Of a stretch of DNA of 64,000 bases, positions 38,917-53,163 are shown piece after piece (position 1 is the stretch's first letter; each line of letters opens with the position of its first letter). The notes beneath the pieces were generated by a model. The model worked only from the letters and a program-made list of their open reading frames with translations, made no database searches and was not told where the DNA came from. A program made the position numbers and the translations under genes. The DNA comes from Mytilus californianus (lineage: Eukaryota): assembly GCF_021869535.1 (NCBI RefSeq), contig NW_026262723.1, positions 95,232,001 through 95,296,000 on the forward strand, given 5' to 3'.

Positions 38917-39845
38917 AAATTATCGAAAAATACAAAATCTATTTACTACTGATTTGTAGAAAGATCAATTAAGTAACATATTTTCTGACAATGCATCTAT
39001 ATTGTTTTTATTCTGCAGGAGACAAACCATTATTTGTAAACTTGTCATTTGTTGGCTAATTGCAGAATAAAGTATTTAAGCTAAATCACACAAATCTTGT
39101 TGGATATTTTTTAAGATGTTTTTTTTATACCCTGCTTTTGACTTACAAGCATGACAAGTATATATATTATAATTGTAAAGTTATAAAATCACTCATAAAG
39201 AGGGACAGGATAAATATTGTTTTATGTTTAGTCTTCATTCAAACTTCTTGTAGTCAATTTTATATTTTAAGTGAGATATTTGTGCCTTTAAATCCTATAC
39301 TGATGATCATCGAAATAGTTATATTGAATTAGTTGCTATGGTTATCCAGTTCTTTAAATGAATATTTTTTTGGTATGAATAAGATGTATTTCTTGATGTT
39401 ATAACTTTCAATCAAATGTAAAGCCTTTAAAAAATGACCAATATTTATTTGATTTTCGAAGATAAGTTGATTTTCTTATTTATTCAGATTTGGTTACCAT
39501 AGCAATCAATTTTAAAAAATATGTTTATCTTGATCAAAATTGGACTAAACAGTGTTTTTTAACAAGAAGAATACATTATTGTCGCTATTCTCTGCACATT
39601 TTCCCTGAAACTGATGAAAGCATATTGACCTCATATGACAAGACCTTTTGCAAATCAACGGTTGATGGTAAAATTGTAACCTATGACTGGAAAGGTAAAA
39701 CGTATGTTTTTCGCTATTTCTAGTGAAAAGTTCTCATTAAGCAGAAATCTACTTCCGTGACTACCATGGCAACTCTACATATATTGGAAAAATATAGAGT
39801 ATAAAATATAATACAATAGTTTCATATGTAGTAAATATCTCCCAT

Positions 39846-40345
39846 TTGATGAGATATTCCAGGGCTTGTATTTTCTATCATGATTCCTTGATAGAGGGTT
39901 GCTACTCATAAGGAAGCTATCAAACCAAGCGTTCCAAGTGGTGAAGTTGAAATCATCCCTTCGTAAATTTTTCAGCGCCATCACGAGTTGGTTGACCGTT
40001 ATGGAATATCTGTTTCACAAATGACGACGGATATGTTCCAATTGTCGTAACAACAATTTCGTCCTCTTTTTTCACGAATGTGACATACCAAATTAAGACT
40101 TATATCTGGGTTTGTACCTACATGAGCAGCACGGAGCAGGATCTGCTTACCCTTCCGAAGCAAATGAGATCATCCCCGGTTTTTTGATGGGTTCGTGTTG
40201 CTCAGGCTTTAGTTTATTTTGTTGTGTTTTGTGTACTGTTATGTACTGTTGTTTGTCTGTTGGTTTTTCTTTTTTGACCATGGCGTTGTCAGTTTATTTT
40301 CGACTTATGAGTTTGAATGTCCCTTTAGTATCTTTCGCCCCTTTT
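39846..40345 (+). mobile_element. Naiad-type PLE: RT C-terminus plus family C 3' tail
   Basis: LMRYSRAC..DRGLLLIRKL..KLKSSLRKF..HELVDRYGISVSQM, stop at 40048-40050, then tail. Confidence 0.9.
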
Positions 40346-41071
40346 TCACATAATCTACATTTCATTCCGTTGTATCTTTGATGAGTTTTATTTCAATTTC
40401 TTCTTTCTGCTTGACTGTAAATGTTTTTTCAACTCAATAAAGGACAATCTTTTAAGCTTTTGACTTTTGTCGGTTGAAGAAACAAAACTATCGATATGTC
40501 GGATCTAATTTGGAATGATGAGAATTACTAATGCTACCGATCATGTTACACTATCAATCAATGCTGCACCTTCAAGGACTGTCTCTCATTTTATAAGGAC
40601 ATTGTAAATAAACCGAGCTAAATAGAAGCCTTATTATTCTTTTGAAATTAGAAAGATATTCTACGTAAACAACCAGAAAAATGATGATTTATGATAAACA
40701 ATTGTTAGTTAAATATTGTTTCAATTGTTTTATGATGTATAATGCAATCAATTGATAAAACTACAACTGTCTTTACCAGATTAACGAGGATATATATATA
40801 TATTTCTTGTTTAGTACATGCACTTTATTGTAAGAAATATGAAGAATAACATTTCAAGGGGGAGGGGGACCCTTGTGTGTTCATCAGTATAAAGATTACT
40901 AGATGTGGGATAGCTGCCAATAAAACAAACATCCACAAAAAGACCAGACTACAAGAGCCCAAACCACTACAGATCACTGTACGGCCATCCACAATTTCCA
41001 AAACTTAAATCGTATGGTAATCTATAAAAGGCACGAGATAACATAATTGTGAAACAATACAGCATAAACAA

Positions 41072-41480
41072 ATAGATATAGGAAGATGTGGTATGAGTGC
41101 CAATGAGACAACTCTCCATCCAAGTTACAATTTATAAGAGTAAACCATTATAGGTCAAGGTACGGCCTTCAACACGGAGCATTGGCTCACACCCAACAGC
41201 AAGCTATAAAGGGCCCCAAAAAATTACTAGTGTAAAACCATTCAAACAGAAAAACCAACGGTCTTATCTATATAAAAACGAGAAACACGTATGATCTACA
41301 TAAACAGACGACAACTACTGTAATCTGATTCCTGACTTAGGACAGGTGCAAACATTTGCAGCGGGATTAAACGTTTTAATGGTACCAAACTTTCTCCCTT
41401 TTCTGAAACAATAGTATAACATCACAGCATAGAAAAACACACTATAAAATATCAATTGGAAAGCTTAACTCAATCAAAAT
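41072..41480 (-). mobile_element. Family A long copy with twister core (41323-41406)
   Basis: Reverse complement near-identical to 57033-57443. Confidence 0.92.
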
Positions 41481-41591
41481 AAGCATGATTTAAGCTAATG
41501 ACATATAGCATTAGACTCAAACAATTTAGACTGGCGGAAACAAACCAATTTAAAACATCTGTCTTAACGAGGTTTTGAACACCTGCATATG

Positions 41592-41895
41592 GATTGAATA
41601 ATTGATTGTTGGTTGCTTAACATCCAGTGGCAACTATTTCATGCATGTTCAGGACGAGAACAAATCAACAATAAATAAATAGGTTGGTCCTTTAATAGAG
41701 GCCGTCCTGGATTAAGGTCGTGGAAATTTAGACTGCCACTGGAAAATTATAAAACTGGTATATTGGAATGGGACAGACATTTTGTCATGCAACAGACCAC
41801 CTAAGGATCCCTTAAAGAGTTGTTGCAAGGGTTCTTAACGTGCAGAGAGCGTGGCATTATCCCTACACGAGGAATCGGATGTAACTTCCACATCC
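41592..41895 (-). mobile_element. SINE-like family D copy, 5'-truncated
   Basis: (ATTG)n tail end and body match 51332-51743. Confidence 0.8.
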
Positions 41896-43668
41896 AGACA
41901 AAATGTTCCTGTATACGAAGAATGTATCTCAAAGTTGATATATAGTTGAGGTTTACAATAGGATTTCGTTTGAGAGAGGATTGCTGCTTACAAGAAGCCA
42001 GTATATATAACATCTAAATGCTTATTTTTTATCTTTTTTTTGTTGTCCTGAATATGTATGAAACATTTGCCGCTGGACGCCCAGCAAACAACAATCATTA
42101 AATCGATCGTTGGATTGTTAGTCCATTACAAAAACACTTGAACTCTTCCTTTTAAGTTAAGGGTTTTGCTGTATATGGAATCTGGTTCTGTTTTTCACGT
42201 GTTACCTAAGAAAGACAATTTGGAAAATATTTAGTTAAAAGAACTAAGAATATCGCTTATCTTATAATAACTTTCTTGCTTTAATTTGAAAATGATTAGT
42301 TAATGCTTTACTTTGAAATAGATTTAACTGTACAAGGTACAATTCTTTTTTAATCAAATTAGTTCTCCATAGGGACACTTAAGAACACAGACATACTTTA
42401 GTGCAATAAAATATTGACGCTCTTGTATATCTGAGTAATAATGTATAAGATTGAATGTTATCAAAGTTTTAACAATACTTATTTTCCCATTATATGAAAA
42501 TACACCTTTATCAAAACAAAATCTATTGAACATAACTTCAATCGTGCGACAATTGAAAAATTAAGTAGGACAACATTTTTTGCAATATTATATAAAGATA
42601 TGAATGTTGTACTTTTATCTTAAAGTCGTTTTCTTTATCTTGTATGGTAATCGGATTTTAAAACTAGAGGCTCATCTGAGCCTAAACCAGCCACCTGCTA
42701 AACGTATGTCATTTTGATTATTCCACCTTTTTCGCAATTTTTATTTTTCGGAAATAAAATATTTTTATATAAAAACTTTTTCGAGTGCATGTAATGCCAA
42801 TAAATCAATGTTTTCTTCAGTACTAGGATTAAATAACTGGTTATCGTCTCCCATGTATTGAAAATAAAATGTCTTGATTTATTTGAACGGATTGAAAATA
42901 ACACACCCTATATACGTACCTCTAATACAGACGAGTATGAAGAAAAGTGCTACGCTCTCTGCACATTAGATCCTTTACAATAATTATTTGCGGGGTCCGT
43001 AGGTGGCTCACTCCAAGTGACTTCAATGGCTAAACATCCAAGTTTATCAATATTAGTTTCCTCTAAAACATTTAAAGAATAATTAAAACACATTTATTTA
43101 CTCTTGACACAATTTTAGTAAGGATTCAAAACCACAATGTAACAACTTCTCAACCTGAAGATATGAACGATTAGGAGTGAGACGTTGAAAAAAACTGATA
43201 TCCACGATGATAACCAACCAGAGATCAAAATAAGTAGTCTACACATGTATGAAAATTGATATTAATTGATTCGTTTTTGCTGTTGTGTTTAATTGTTGTT
43301 ATACCCCTACTCATGTTGTGTGGGATATATTGCAATCCCCCTTGTCCAACACATATTTTCGTCAAACGTTTGCCAGGTACAACTTCAATTTGATCAGCAA
43401 CTTGACAGAAATGAGTTGTAACGTGTGCGATCTATTCGTCCCTACTTCCTGTTTGCCGGTAGTTTAAATTGTTCAATATGTTGAGTAAACATAATTTTTC
43501 CGTCACACATTTCTCAAGTATTGCGATTTCGTGGATGCTCAGGACAACAAGTGCAATGTCTTGTTTGTCTTGATGTATTTTATGTATATTATTTTCTACA
43601 TTTACCTTCATTTTGATCAAAAGTTCGGACTCCCGACGTTAACGCAAATGGAATTACACAACCAAAAG

Positions 43669-43965
43669 CAGACGAGTAAGAGTAACCAAATCAGTCGAGT
43701 AAGAGTAACCAAATCAGACGAGTAAGAGTAACCAAATCAGTCGAGTAAGAGTAACCAAATCAGTCAAGTAAGAGTAACCAAATCAGTCGAGTAAGAGTAA
43801 CCAAATCAGACGAGTAAGAGAAACCAAATCAGTCGAGTAAGAGTAACCAAATCAGTCGAGTAAGAGTAACCAAATCAGTCGAGTAAGAGTAACCAAATCA
43901 GACGAGTAAGAGTAACCAAATCAGTCAAGTAAGAGAAACCAAATCAGTCGAGTAAGAGTAACCAA
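43669..43965. repeat. 23-bp minisatellite, about 13 copies
   Basis: Unit cagtcgagtaagagtaaccaaat, with recurring variants (cagac, caa, gaaacc). Confidence 0.97.
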
Positions 43966-44713
43966 AATTCATCAAGGACCATCCTATCAAATAACGTTCC
44001 GACCTCATATTGTTATTTTTAAATAAGATTAATCAGTTGAAAATTAATCCAAATATATAACTCATAAATCATGAATGATCAATGTAAAATCATTCCCATG
44101 CAAATAAGTCCCCGCACTACCACATACTCCCAGGAACAATAGAAAAATGCATTATCCATATGAAAAGGGACACAAAAGTATGCAAGACCGATCCTTCACA
44201 TATTAAAGTAATTAAAATTCAATCATCATGTGCGTACTGATTGAAAACTCCCAAAATCATCATTCTAATAGACGTGTTAGGAAAGTCAATACGATTTTGG
44301 CACTGATGTAAAATACCAATACTACTATAGGCTATAGTGGGGACCATCTCAAAAAGCACAGATAATCATTCATTATAGTTACCTGTATGGGTTTGTTTGA
44401 TAATGTTGAGATGATTTTTAAACAATAAAATATTAACAATTTATTCCGCAATACACCGACGAGGATACAGCAAATCAACACGATCATTATTAATATTATT
44501 ATCATAAAATTGCATTGTTTCATAGTATTGATCGATTAATATAAGATCGTTGTTTCCCCCTTTCTGATTATTTTGTTGAAAGACTACAAGGAAAATCCGC
44601 AAAGTGAATGAAAAAACACTGCAATCAAATCACATCCGAATCCATTTTTTTACTCTACATCAATCTTTGTTCAAAATGTTCGTTTATTTGAAATTTATTT
44701 AAAATATACTTTT

Positions 44714-44866
44714 CAGGTCGGGGGCCTTTCATAGCTTTTATGCGGGTGGGTTTTGCTCCTTGTTGGGGGCTATACGGTGACCTATATATGCCAACATTTC
44801 CGTCATTTTGGTCTCTCTTGGATAGATGTCTACTTTGGCAATCATACCACATCTCCTTATTTTATA
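44714..44866 (+). mobile_element. Diverged family A 3' portion
   Basis: gggggcctttcatagc...tacggtgacctata...ttggcaatcataccacatctcctt. Confidence 0.8.
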
Positions 44867-45269
44867 TCATGTTTCTAGAATAGATAAATGTGTAGCTTTA
44901 AATTGTAATAAAAGAACTAGAGATTTGTGTACTTTACAATTAAAAAAAAATAAAAATAGAATGTAAACAAAAGCGTATTCAATTTGATTATCTTTATTTT
45001 CTATCTTTATCTAGAAATGTCACTTTAATGTAATGCTGAAAAGGGTCAATACCTAAAAAAACATTAGAATGTGTGAATTATTTATTCTAATTCACATTTT
45101 CCCTGACATTTTCTTTCTATCAACTTTCGTCAGTTAGTTTTTCGGACAGAAGAGGTTATCGAATTCAGTTTTAAAAGATTACCACATTTGGCACTATTCA
45201 AGCATGTTAAATTTACGTTTCGGTGAAGGGTCGAAAGTTTTTTTCTTGGTATCACGGCTTCCCAATGGC

Positions 45270-45410
45270 GTAGCTAGGTCATTTTTAAGTGTACGCCTGG
45301 ACCTCGGCGAGGGGTCTGAAGGCCACCAGCGGGTCCAGGGCAGAGGACCTTCTGGTATGGGTTCGAGGGGCGAAGCCGTCCCGGAAGCTAACAAGTTATC
45401 GAGAAAGCGA
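45270..45410 (+). mobile_element. GC-rich MITE-like terminal fragment
   Basis: aatggcgtagctagg start and cagcgggtccagggcagagg..ggggcgaagcc..gaagct motif resembling non-autonomous DNA TEs; second end not found. Confidence 0.5.
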
Positions 45411-47149
45411 TACCATTTCTGTCATTAAAACACATCAAAATCAACATACTTTACTGTCTAATTTGATGATTTGTTTTATGTTTAATTTATTTATTTTGTT
45501 GATTTGGAATCTAATGAGAGAAAAATATCAATACCAGTTACTGTAAAATATGTTTAAAAAGAGATGTGGGGTACAACAATAAATCGACAAAAAATCCAAA
45601 ACTTTAGAAACAGTAAAAAAGCAAGTCTACATTTAAATGAAGTCGTTCTATTTATTTTGACTTCATCTAGTTTGCTTCCCTTTTTATGTGCAAATTCCGT
45701 TAATGGACACTTGAAATAATAATTTTCACAGACGGTCAGGTGTAAAATGAAAATTCGCAAAGGGTACCCTGTGTATCGCCTTCGATTGCTGCTGTCAGTG
45801 TAAAAGTGTAATGTTGACTGTAAAAATATAATCCGTTCATCAGTCATATACCGGATTTAAAAATAAATCAAACTTTTTATTTAGATGCTTTTTTTTATCT
45901 TGAAGATTAGCTTCTACCCAAGTTTCTTAACAATCTATGAAGGTTTATAAATTTATCATTTCAAAAAAAATTTAATCCCAGACCGTCTGTTAATTGCCAA
46001 AAAGTAAGTCCGTCTGTCAGTATATTAATACTGAAAAATGAAGTAAAAAATATGTATTTGTACTTTTGCGGCTTCAGACATTATCATAAAAAGCTTCTGC
46101 CAAAGTTTCATAAAATTCGATGAAGGTTTGACAAAGTAACTGATGTGTAACAAAATTTAACCTCAGACTTTATACATTGTGTAACTGCAAAAAACAAAGT
46201 CTTTTATCTGTAAAAAATTTAAAAAATATGTTTATCAAGGATACTTTTTTAGCATTAAAAGCTGCAGTCTGTCCAACTTCGGTGAAACGATGCGCAGCAA
46301 GACAACCTTCTTCCAAGAATTGACATTAACTTGGAATTGGATTTTCCTCCAAAACGTGTTATTTTAGGTGATAAGATTTATGCAAACCGTCCACCAATTG
46401 TTACGCCATATAGGAGACACCAATTGAGACAAACACCGCAAAGGGAAAAAAGAAAATGCAAAAAACAAAAAAGAAGAATTTTATCAGACGTTTAAAAACA
46501 TTTAGGGTTATCGGAACTTTGTGGAGACATCCAAGACACGAATCAAATCAAATTGTTGAATTATGTGCTAGACTTGTGGAGAGACAAACTGAGTTATTTG
46601 ACTATCAAACATATTCTACTCATATCATTGAATGTATATATTTGGACTTGTGGCCGTAAAAATCCGTCATTCCCATTCTTAACCCTTAATATATTTTTTT
46701 TTTCAAAGTTTTGTTTTGCCCTCCTAAATCGAACAAATACAAATGAATATATGACGATCTATACGAAAGGCCCATGCACGTCTTAAAATTAGGAGTCGAC
46801 GTTAACTGTTTGCTTTATATAGTATCAAACACACCACCAATTGCATTTTGAGAAAGTCCACACTTAAATCTTGTATCGGTATTGTTATTTAACATCAGCG
46901 CAGTATTTAAATCCCTTTAAAAACACGTCTATTAAATGATGTAGTTACAGAAGAGAGCAACTTGAAAACAGACCAATACTTTTCTCGGTATATATTTTCA
47001 TATTACCGACTTTTTATCCCGGAGTATATAAATTTTCGACAGTTTACCTACTCTGCGGTAGGACATCCTGATACTTGTTCAAGTAAGAGCTAGTTTACAA
47101 TCGGTGCAATTTGTTGATAAATTAACTAAATAATAAAACAATTAATTTT

Positions 47150-47740
47150 TCCCACAAACTGCACCGATTGAAACTGGAAAATGGAATAATATTCCAATGG
47201 AAGGGAGTTTTTGTACATTGTGTAACACAGGTTGTGTAACACAGGTTGTATTACAAATGCATATGTATTAATCACCAATTTAAGAACTAATTATATTCCT
47301 GGTTAACATGGTGCTAATCCTAGAGAAGACAAAATGAAATGCTTGTTGATGTATTGTAATGTCCCTGTGTTAAACAATCATGCAATTGTTCTGAAAAAAA
47401 TCTCAAAATAACTTATGCAAAGCTGTAACTTACCAGTGTCGGTTATATCCATACACTATATGTCTGTCGCGTGAGATTCTGCTTTTAAAAAGACGTGACA
47501 ATTTCAATTAAAATGTTTTGTTAATGCTCTATTTGTATCATGATTATATAGGTCACAGGTACTTTAAGATATATTAACAAGAATATATATAGATTAGGTT
47601 TACTTTCAAGTATAAATAATATATGCCTATTTATGCAATGGATGTCGTGTTTTCCTTTGCAATATTGTATATATGTTGTGTTTGCCTCTTGTTACAGCGT
47701 ATGTTGCCAGTATGATCAATTAAATTGGAAATCTTGAATT
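47150..47740 (+). mobile_element. Old LINE 3'-end relic (same type as 29487-32968)
   Basis: PIETGKWNNIPMEGSFCTLCNTG...LRTNYIP. Confidence 0.7.
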
Positions 47741-50700
47741 AGCAAACAATTTAATTAAGACTTATCAAATTATCGCCTATGTCATTACCATTGACCAGGA
47801 ACAGGGGGATTTCTAAATTGTTGTTTTAGCGTTTACGAGGAAAGCGCTTCATACACACCTTAATTTAAAAAGTGTTATTTCATTTTCTGAACTGTTGGCT
47901 TCGTGTAACGTTTGTTTCATAATTGTATGACTCATATTCTCCACGTGAAAAATTGTCGAGTTTTCAATCTAATACTCGCTTGTTTAAATAACATCAATTT
48001 CTCCAATTTCGTTTTGTCATTTGAATTATGAGTAAACTGTAAACGATTAAATACATAAATCGTATTTTGTTTTACTCTTTAATGGCAATTTTATAAGTTA
48101 AAAATCAAATCTGTTTGTCAACCATAATATAATAATAAATCAAGTCTGAAAACTTTTGTGGAAATATAAATTTAAAGATCAATCCACAATAAAACTTAGA
48201 AATAAAACTGACCACAAGTCGAATGTACTTTACTGGTATAACATAAGATTTAAACAAATGTGTTAATGTGCTTATTTTTATTTTTTTTGATAAGAGAAAC
48301 TCAAAATAATATTACAATTTGAAAATATTTTTGTTTATTTATTTTTATACATCAGTTTAACCTTGGTTGCAAGATTCATTTTTTGTCAGCGTATTTTAGA
48401 TACAGAAAGCCATATCTATGTAATTGTTCATATATTTGTCCTTGGGTCTTAAGTGAAAGTTGTCTCATTTGCAATCATACCACATCTCCTTGTTTTATAT
48501 TGAATATTTCGTAAGCCAATTCTGATAGAAGTGAAGTTGTGTAAATTAAATGAGGAGAAGTCATTCACCCCACTGTTCTGATAGTGCTTGGACGTGAAGT
48601 AATAAATATGAAACGAGGCAACACCGATATTAATAAATAAAATTAAACCTCTTGCAGTTATTTAACACCATCATACATTGTAACAAGAGCGATTGATCAC
48701 AAAAAATAAAACCGATGGTGAAAATACTGTAACCATTCATCGGACTTCCAAGATATGCGATGATATAAGGTAGAAAGTAACCCAAGGGATCAAACGTTCT
48801 ATGGATGATTTGTGTAACTAGTAGATACAGTTTCATAACTATTACGTAAGATACAAGGAGAACAAACATGAAGCAGGAAACTCACATTTTCATGACCTAA
48901 AAATTTCTTAGTCAAGGAACCGAGTCAACTTCATATCAATATTTCATTTTAGTTTGTTTTCACCATTTTTAACTATTGTTAGTAACGGTGGTGGCTTTTT
49001 TATTTGTTGATGTCTAATCTTTAAGGAGGGAATCATCAATGACCTAAAAGTTCAGAAGTAAAAGCCCTCTTGTAGAAGTTTCGGCAAAAGGCAGAAGAAA
49101 CCAAAGCCAATGAAAATGCCATGGAAGGATAACCAGATCCTGCTCCGCTATGGTATACTTTATGCTGCAGAAACCTGATTATTTTTTATGGTTACTGTTG
49201 TGTCAGCAAACAAAAATCAGCTCTACTCCATGGCACTATATGAGGAAAGGACACTTACATTTCTACAAATGTTTTTTGTAATCTTACATTAAATATTATG
49301 CTCCTTGGTCGAGTAGATTTCGAAATCTCTATACTGCTAGCGATTCAATTTAATGTTAAAATGCTCGGTAATCATTACATTTTAATATTCTACCAAGTCG
49401 CAAAAGATGGTAAATTAGAAGTTGCCTTAATGACAAATCTATGTATTTTCCGAGCTAGTATTTTATTTTGAGTAATATCATGTCCTTCAAACCTAAAAAT
49501 TGCATGTAAATTTAACGCGTAATATCATCTCCGCCCACCAGAAAACGTTCAGAGAGATTAAGTATATTACAAAAATGTCTATTACTGAGTTTTTCATTCA
49601 TGTAACGTCTGGAAATATGCATAGAATTTATTTCATCAATGAATAGATTGTTCAGGGTAATGCTTCAGAGGATCGTCAACATTGTTATGTGTTGCAATAA
49701 TGAACAACGATTAGATTTACTTATATGTATATATTTACAATAACAAGGAAGGATCAAATAAGACACGCGGACACTGGAAGCATTTTATTATCTCAAAGAA
49801 ATGTGGAATATAGAATAAACCCCGGCTATTGGACTTTATAATTAGTGCATACAGGAAGAACATGTTTTATTTATTAGTTGTTATTGGAGTAGCTTATAGT
49901 TACTACGAGAACTGTTATATCCCTCAAGCAAGGTTGACCGAATTTTTGTCCAGATTGGTTATCTTGCTAAAATTTGTTTAGTGTTATTTTCATTCATGTT
50001 ATCGATACTCTATGTATTCTGTAGTTTTGTATGTTGTTTGTTTGTGCTTCGTGTCAATCTGATGAGTAAAACTATTTCAATTAAGTTTCAGTTTCAGTTT
50101 GTTCTTATGTTGTATTGTTTCACTCCCGTTATTGCAGGATTTAGCGCTCACAATCAGGATAAATCATTCCACATTCTTTTGTGCCTGTATCAAGTCAGAA
50201 AAAAATCACCAAAGATACCTGGCTTATTGTGTACGCCGGAAGCACACTTCGTCATCATAAGACTCAATGTGCCAAATAACTTAAAGGCTAAGGCAATTTG
50301 TGCCTGGGGTAAAAAAAAAACTTAGTTTTAAGAAATTTCAATATTTAATAAACAGTTAAAAAATTACTTACTTTTGGTTAATATTTCTACTTTGTGTTAC
50401 TCGATCAGTATCTCTGAACTCGAACGTATATTTTTCGAAGTCACGACAATGTGTTATATGTGTGTTATCTAAAATGCACAAAAATCAAACTGTGTTGAAT
50501 GCTCAAAAAAATTATGTAACTTGTATTTTGCATTGGTCGTTTATGGCCACGACACATTTGACATATTCAGGCACTGTGTATTTAAATATACTTACAGGTT
50601 ATAATTTCAGTCAATTTTCTATAGACAGAAAAACTGGGTCGAGGGTCATACTGAAAGTAATTCTTTAATACTAGGAATGGGTTCACAAATTAGTAAAAAT

Positions 50701-51331
50701 TACACCTCGTTGATCTCGGGACACAAAAACCAATCTCTGAAATCGAGCATATCTCTGATAAACCAATATCAACATTTTGGTTTAAAAATTGACAAAAAAA
50801 TCAGATTTCTGAAAATATAGAAATACCCCAATGTTTGTTCTAGTGATTTTGTTTTAGTTAAAGTTTAACAAAATATGTCCTGCCTTAATATAAGAGGCTT
50901 ATTTCTAATATATTTTATACATTACTGGATAGAAAGAAATAATCAAAAATCACTAATTTCTAAAGAATCATTCTTAATTTAATTATATTTTAAAATATTT
51001 CATGTATATTCAACAATATTATTATATTGAAACTATTTCATGCATATTCCACAAAGAACACATAACAGCTAATATTTTTAGACAGTTGAGGAAAAACAGT
51101 CGATGGATAGGCTCAATTTTTTTCCCATGAACAGGTTACCTACGGAACCTGCAGAGTGTTGTTTCAAGGTTTCTTAAACACACTGTGAGCATATCTTTTG
51201 TCCTACCCGAGACATCAGATTTTAATGCCTCCTTTCCTGTCGGACGTGGTTGCGTATTTATACAACCCACAACAACTGATTTAACCGATTCCAATAACAA
51301 ATACCCGGCAGATTATATCTTCAAAATGAAG

Positions 51332-51743
51332 GATGATTGATTGCTGGTTGCTTAACGTCCAGTGGCAAATATTTCATGCAAGTTCAGAACGGGAACAAAT
51401 TAACAATAAATACAATAGGTAGGTCCTGCAATAGAGGCCGTCCGGGAAATTTAGACTCCAACGGGAAAAATGAGGGATATTAGATAGGGACAGAAATTGA
51501 ACCTTGCAACAGGCCACCTACGGACCACTCAAAGAGTAGTTGCGAGAGTTCTTAACTTGCAAAGACCGTGGCACTCTCTTTACACGAGAGATCGGATTTA
51601 CCGCCCCCATTCTGACTGGACGTGGCTGCGTACTTGTATATCATGCACAGCCAAATTGACGCCCAAGTTTGGCGATGGTTTTACTGCCGGTCGGAGGAAG
51701 ACCAATGGGGACTATATTTCTATTCCCCAGTCACCCTTTGGGG
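51332..51743 (-). mobile_element. SINE-like family D, apparently full-length
   Basis: 3' end ccactggacgttaagcaaccagcaatcaatcatc; 5' boundary shared with the 34619-35003 copy. Confidence 0.85.
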
Positions 51744-51884
51744 TGCAAAATAAAGGAATATTTGATTGACAACATATTTGGTAAGTTTGGTGAATTGATT
51801 TTTTCAACAGACAGTCGATATTACATTGGGTACTAATTTTATACCTTTACTGGCTGACTTGTTTTTTTTTCCAAATAAAGTAAA

Positions 51885-52560
51885 ATTCATACAGAATCTT
51901 CTCAAAGACAAAAATATTCCTGCAAAGTTCTTTAATTTCACTTTCAGATATATTGATGATTTTCTGTCACTTGAGTGCTTTACATCTCATTTATCCCAAT
52001 GAACTTGAGATTGATGATAATACCAACAGTAAAAGATCTTCATATCCTGATCTTCAAAACTAGAATCTATGACAAACGTTATGATTTTAGTTTTTAATTT
52101 GTCAACTTCCCATTTCTCAGCAATAACATACCCTCTGCTCCATTTTGCGGCGTTTACACATATCAGTTAAAACGTTAAGCTCATGCATGCTCGAACTATA
52201 CGGATTTCATTAACAGGGGTGTGTTCCACAAAAACTGCTTCAACAGAGTCATGATGAAGAACGACTGAAATCAACGCTACGGTCATCATCACGAATTGGT
52301 TGACCAATACGATGTGTCGGTGTCTCAACTCACTAGACACATTTTTTTTTCGTGGTCTTTATATTTAAAGATGCTAGTAGAGTCGTCTGATATGTATGTA
52401 TCCTAATGTAACACTTTGACTGAGTGAATTCGTATGGCGGGTGATACATGTATATCAGGAGACGCTAGGCCTGCCCGGCCTCGCTCCATTTGGAGTTTAT
52501 GCGTTTCCTCGGTATTTTTTTGTTACCTTGATGTGTTTCTTTTAATCGATTTACGAAATT
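51885..52560 (+). mobile_element. Old Naiad-type PLE RT relic plus tail
   Basis: FNFTFRYIDDFLSL, IYDKRYDF, FVNFPFLSNNIPSAP, HHHELVDQY in broken frames. Confidence 0.85.
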
Positions 52561-52582
52561 TTAACATTGGTAAACTAGTCGC

Positions 52583-52795
52583 CTTAATTTAACTGCCGGA
52601 CTTCAGAAATCAAGAAATTACCATAATTCTATACCCCAGTCAACTCTATGGAAGCAATAATTTTATAAGTGACCTTTGTTAATTTACTTTGCTTAATTTA
52701 ACGGCCGGACTTCAGAAGACAAGAAATTACCATATTTCTACACCCCAGTCAACTCTATGGAAGCAATAATCTTATGAGTGACCTTTATTATTATA
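52583..52795. repeat. Tandem duplication, 2 x 109 bp
   Basis: ccggacttcagaa at 52596 and 52705. Confidence 0.92.
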
Positions 52796-52959
52796 CTTTA
52801 AAGGTCAAGTTACAGAAAATGGGCTTTGTCACAGATTTTCTTAAAATTTTGCATACAACTTTGGCTCGTTGAACTTTAACTGAAAATCGAAAAATTACTG
52901 CATTTCTCTCTTTTTATTTTCAGAAATATTACAACTGATTGAATTCTTTCAAAATAACC

Positions 52960-53163
52960 ACACGACGGGTGCCACATCTGCTTACCCTTCAGGAGTACCT
53001 AAGATCACACCCAGATTTTGGTGGGGTTCGTGTATCTCAGTCTTTAGTTTTCTATGTTGTGTATTGTTTACTGTTGTTCGTCAGTTTTTTTTGTTAGCCA
53101 TGGCGTTGTCAGTTTTTCGACTTATGAGTTTGAATTTCCCTTTGGTATCTTCCGCCTCTTTTT
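52960..53163 (+). mobile_element. Family C tail copy
   Basis: cacgacgggtgccacatctgcttacccttcaggagtacc...ggtatcttccgcctctttt. Confidence 0.88.

Noticed and set aside
40120-40205. HDV-like fold in the family C tail
   Set aside because: P1- and P2-like pairings exist in the family but the order, L3 and the C-x-A-A junction do not fit; a simple GAGCAG/CTGCTT hairpin competes
43669-43965. CRISPR-like array
   Set aside because: Units are directly adjacent with no unique spacers, the context is eukaryotic and no cas genes are present
48630-48869. BEL/Pao RNase H motif (TFDPLGY)
   Set aside because: Single short motif with no other Pao domains or LTRs nearby
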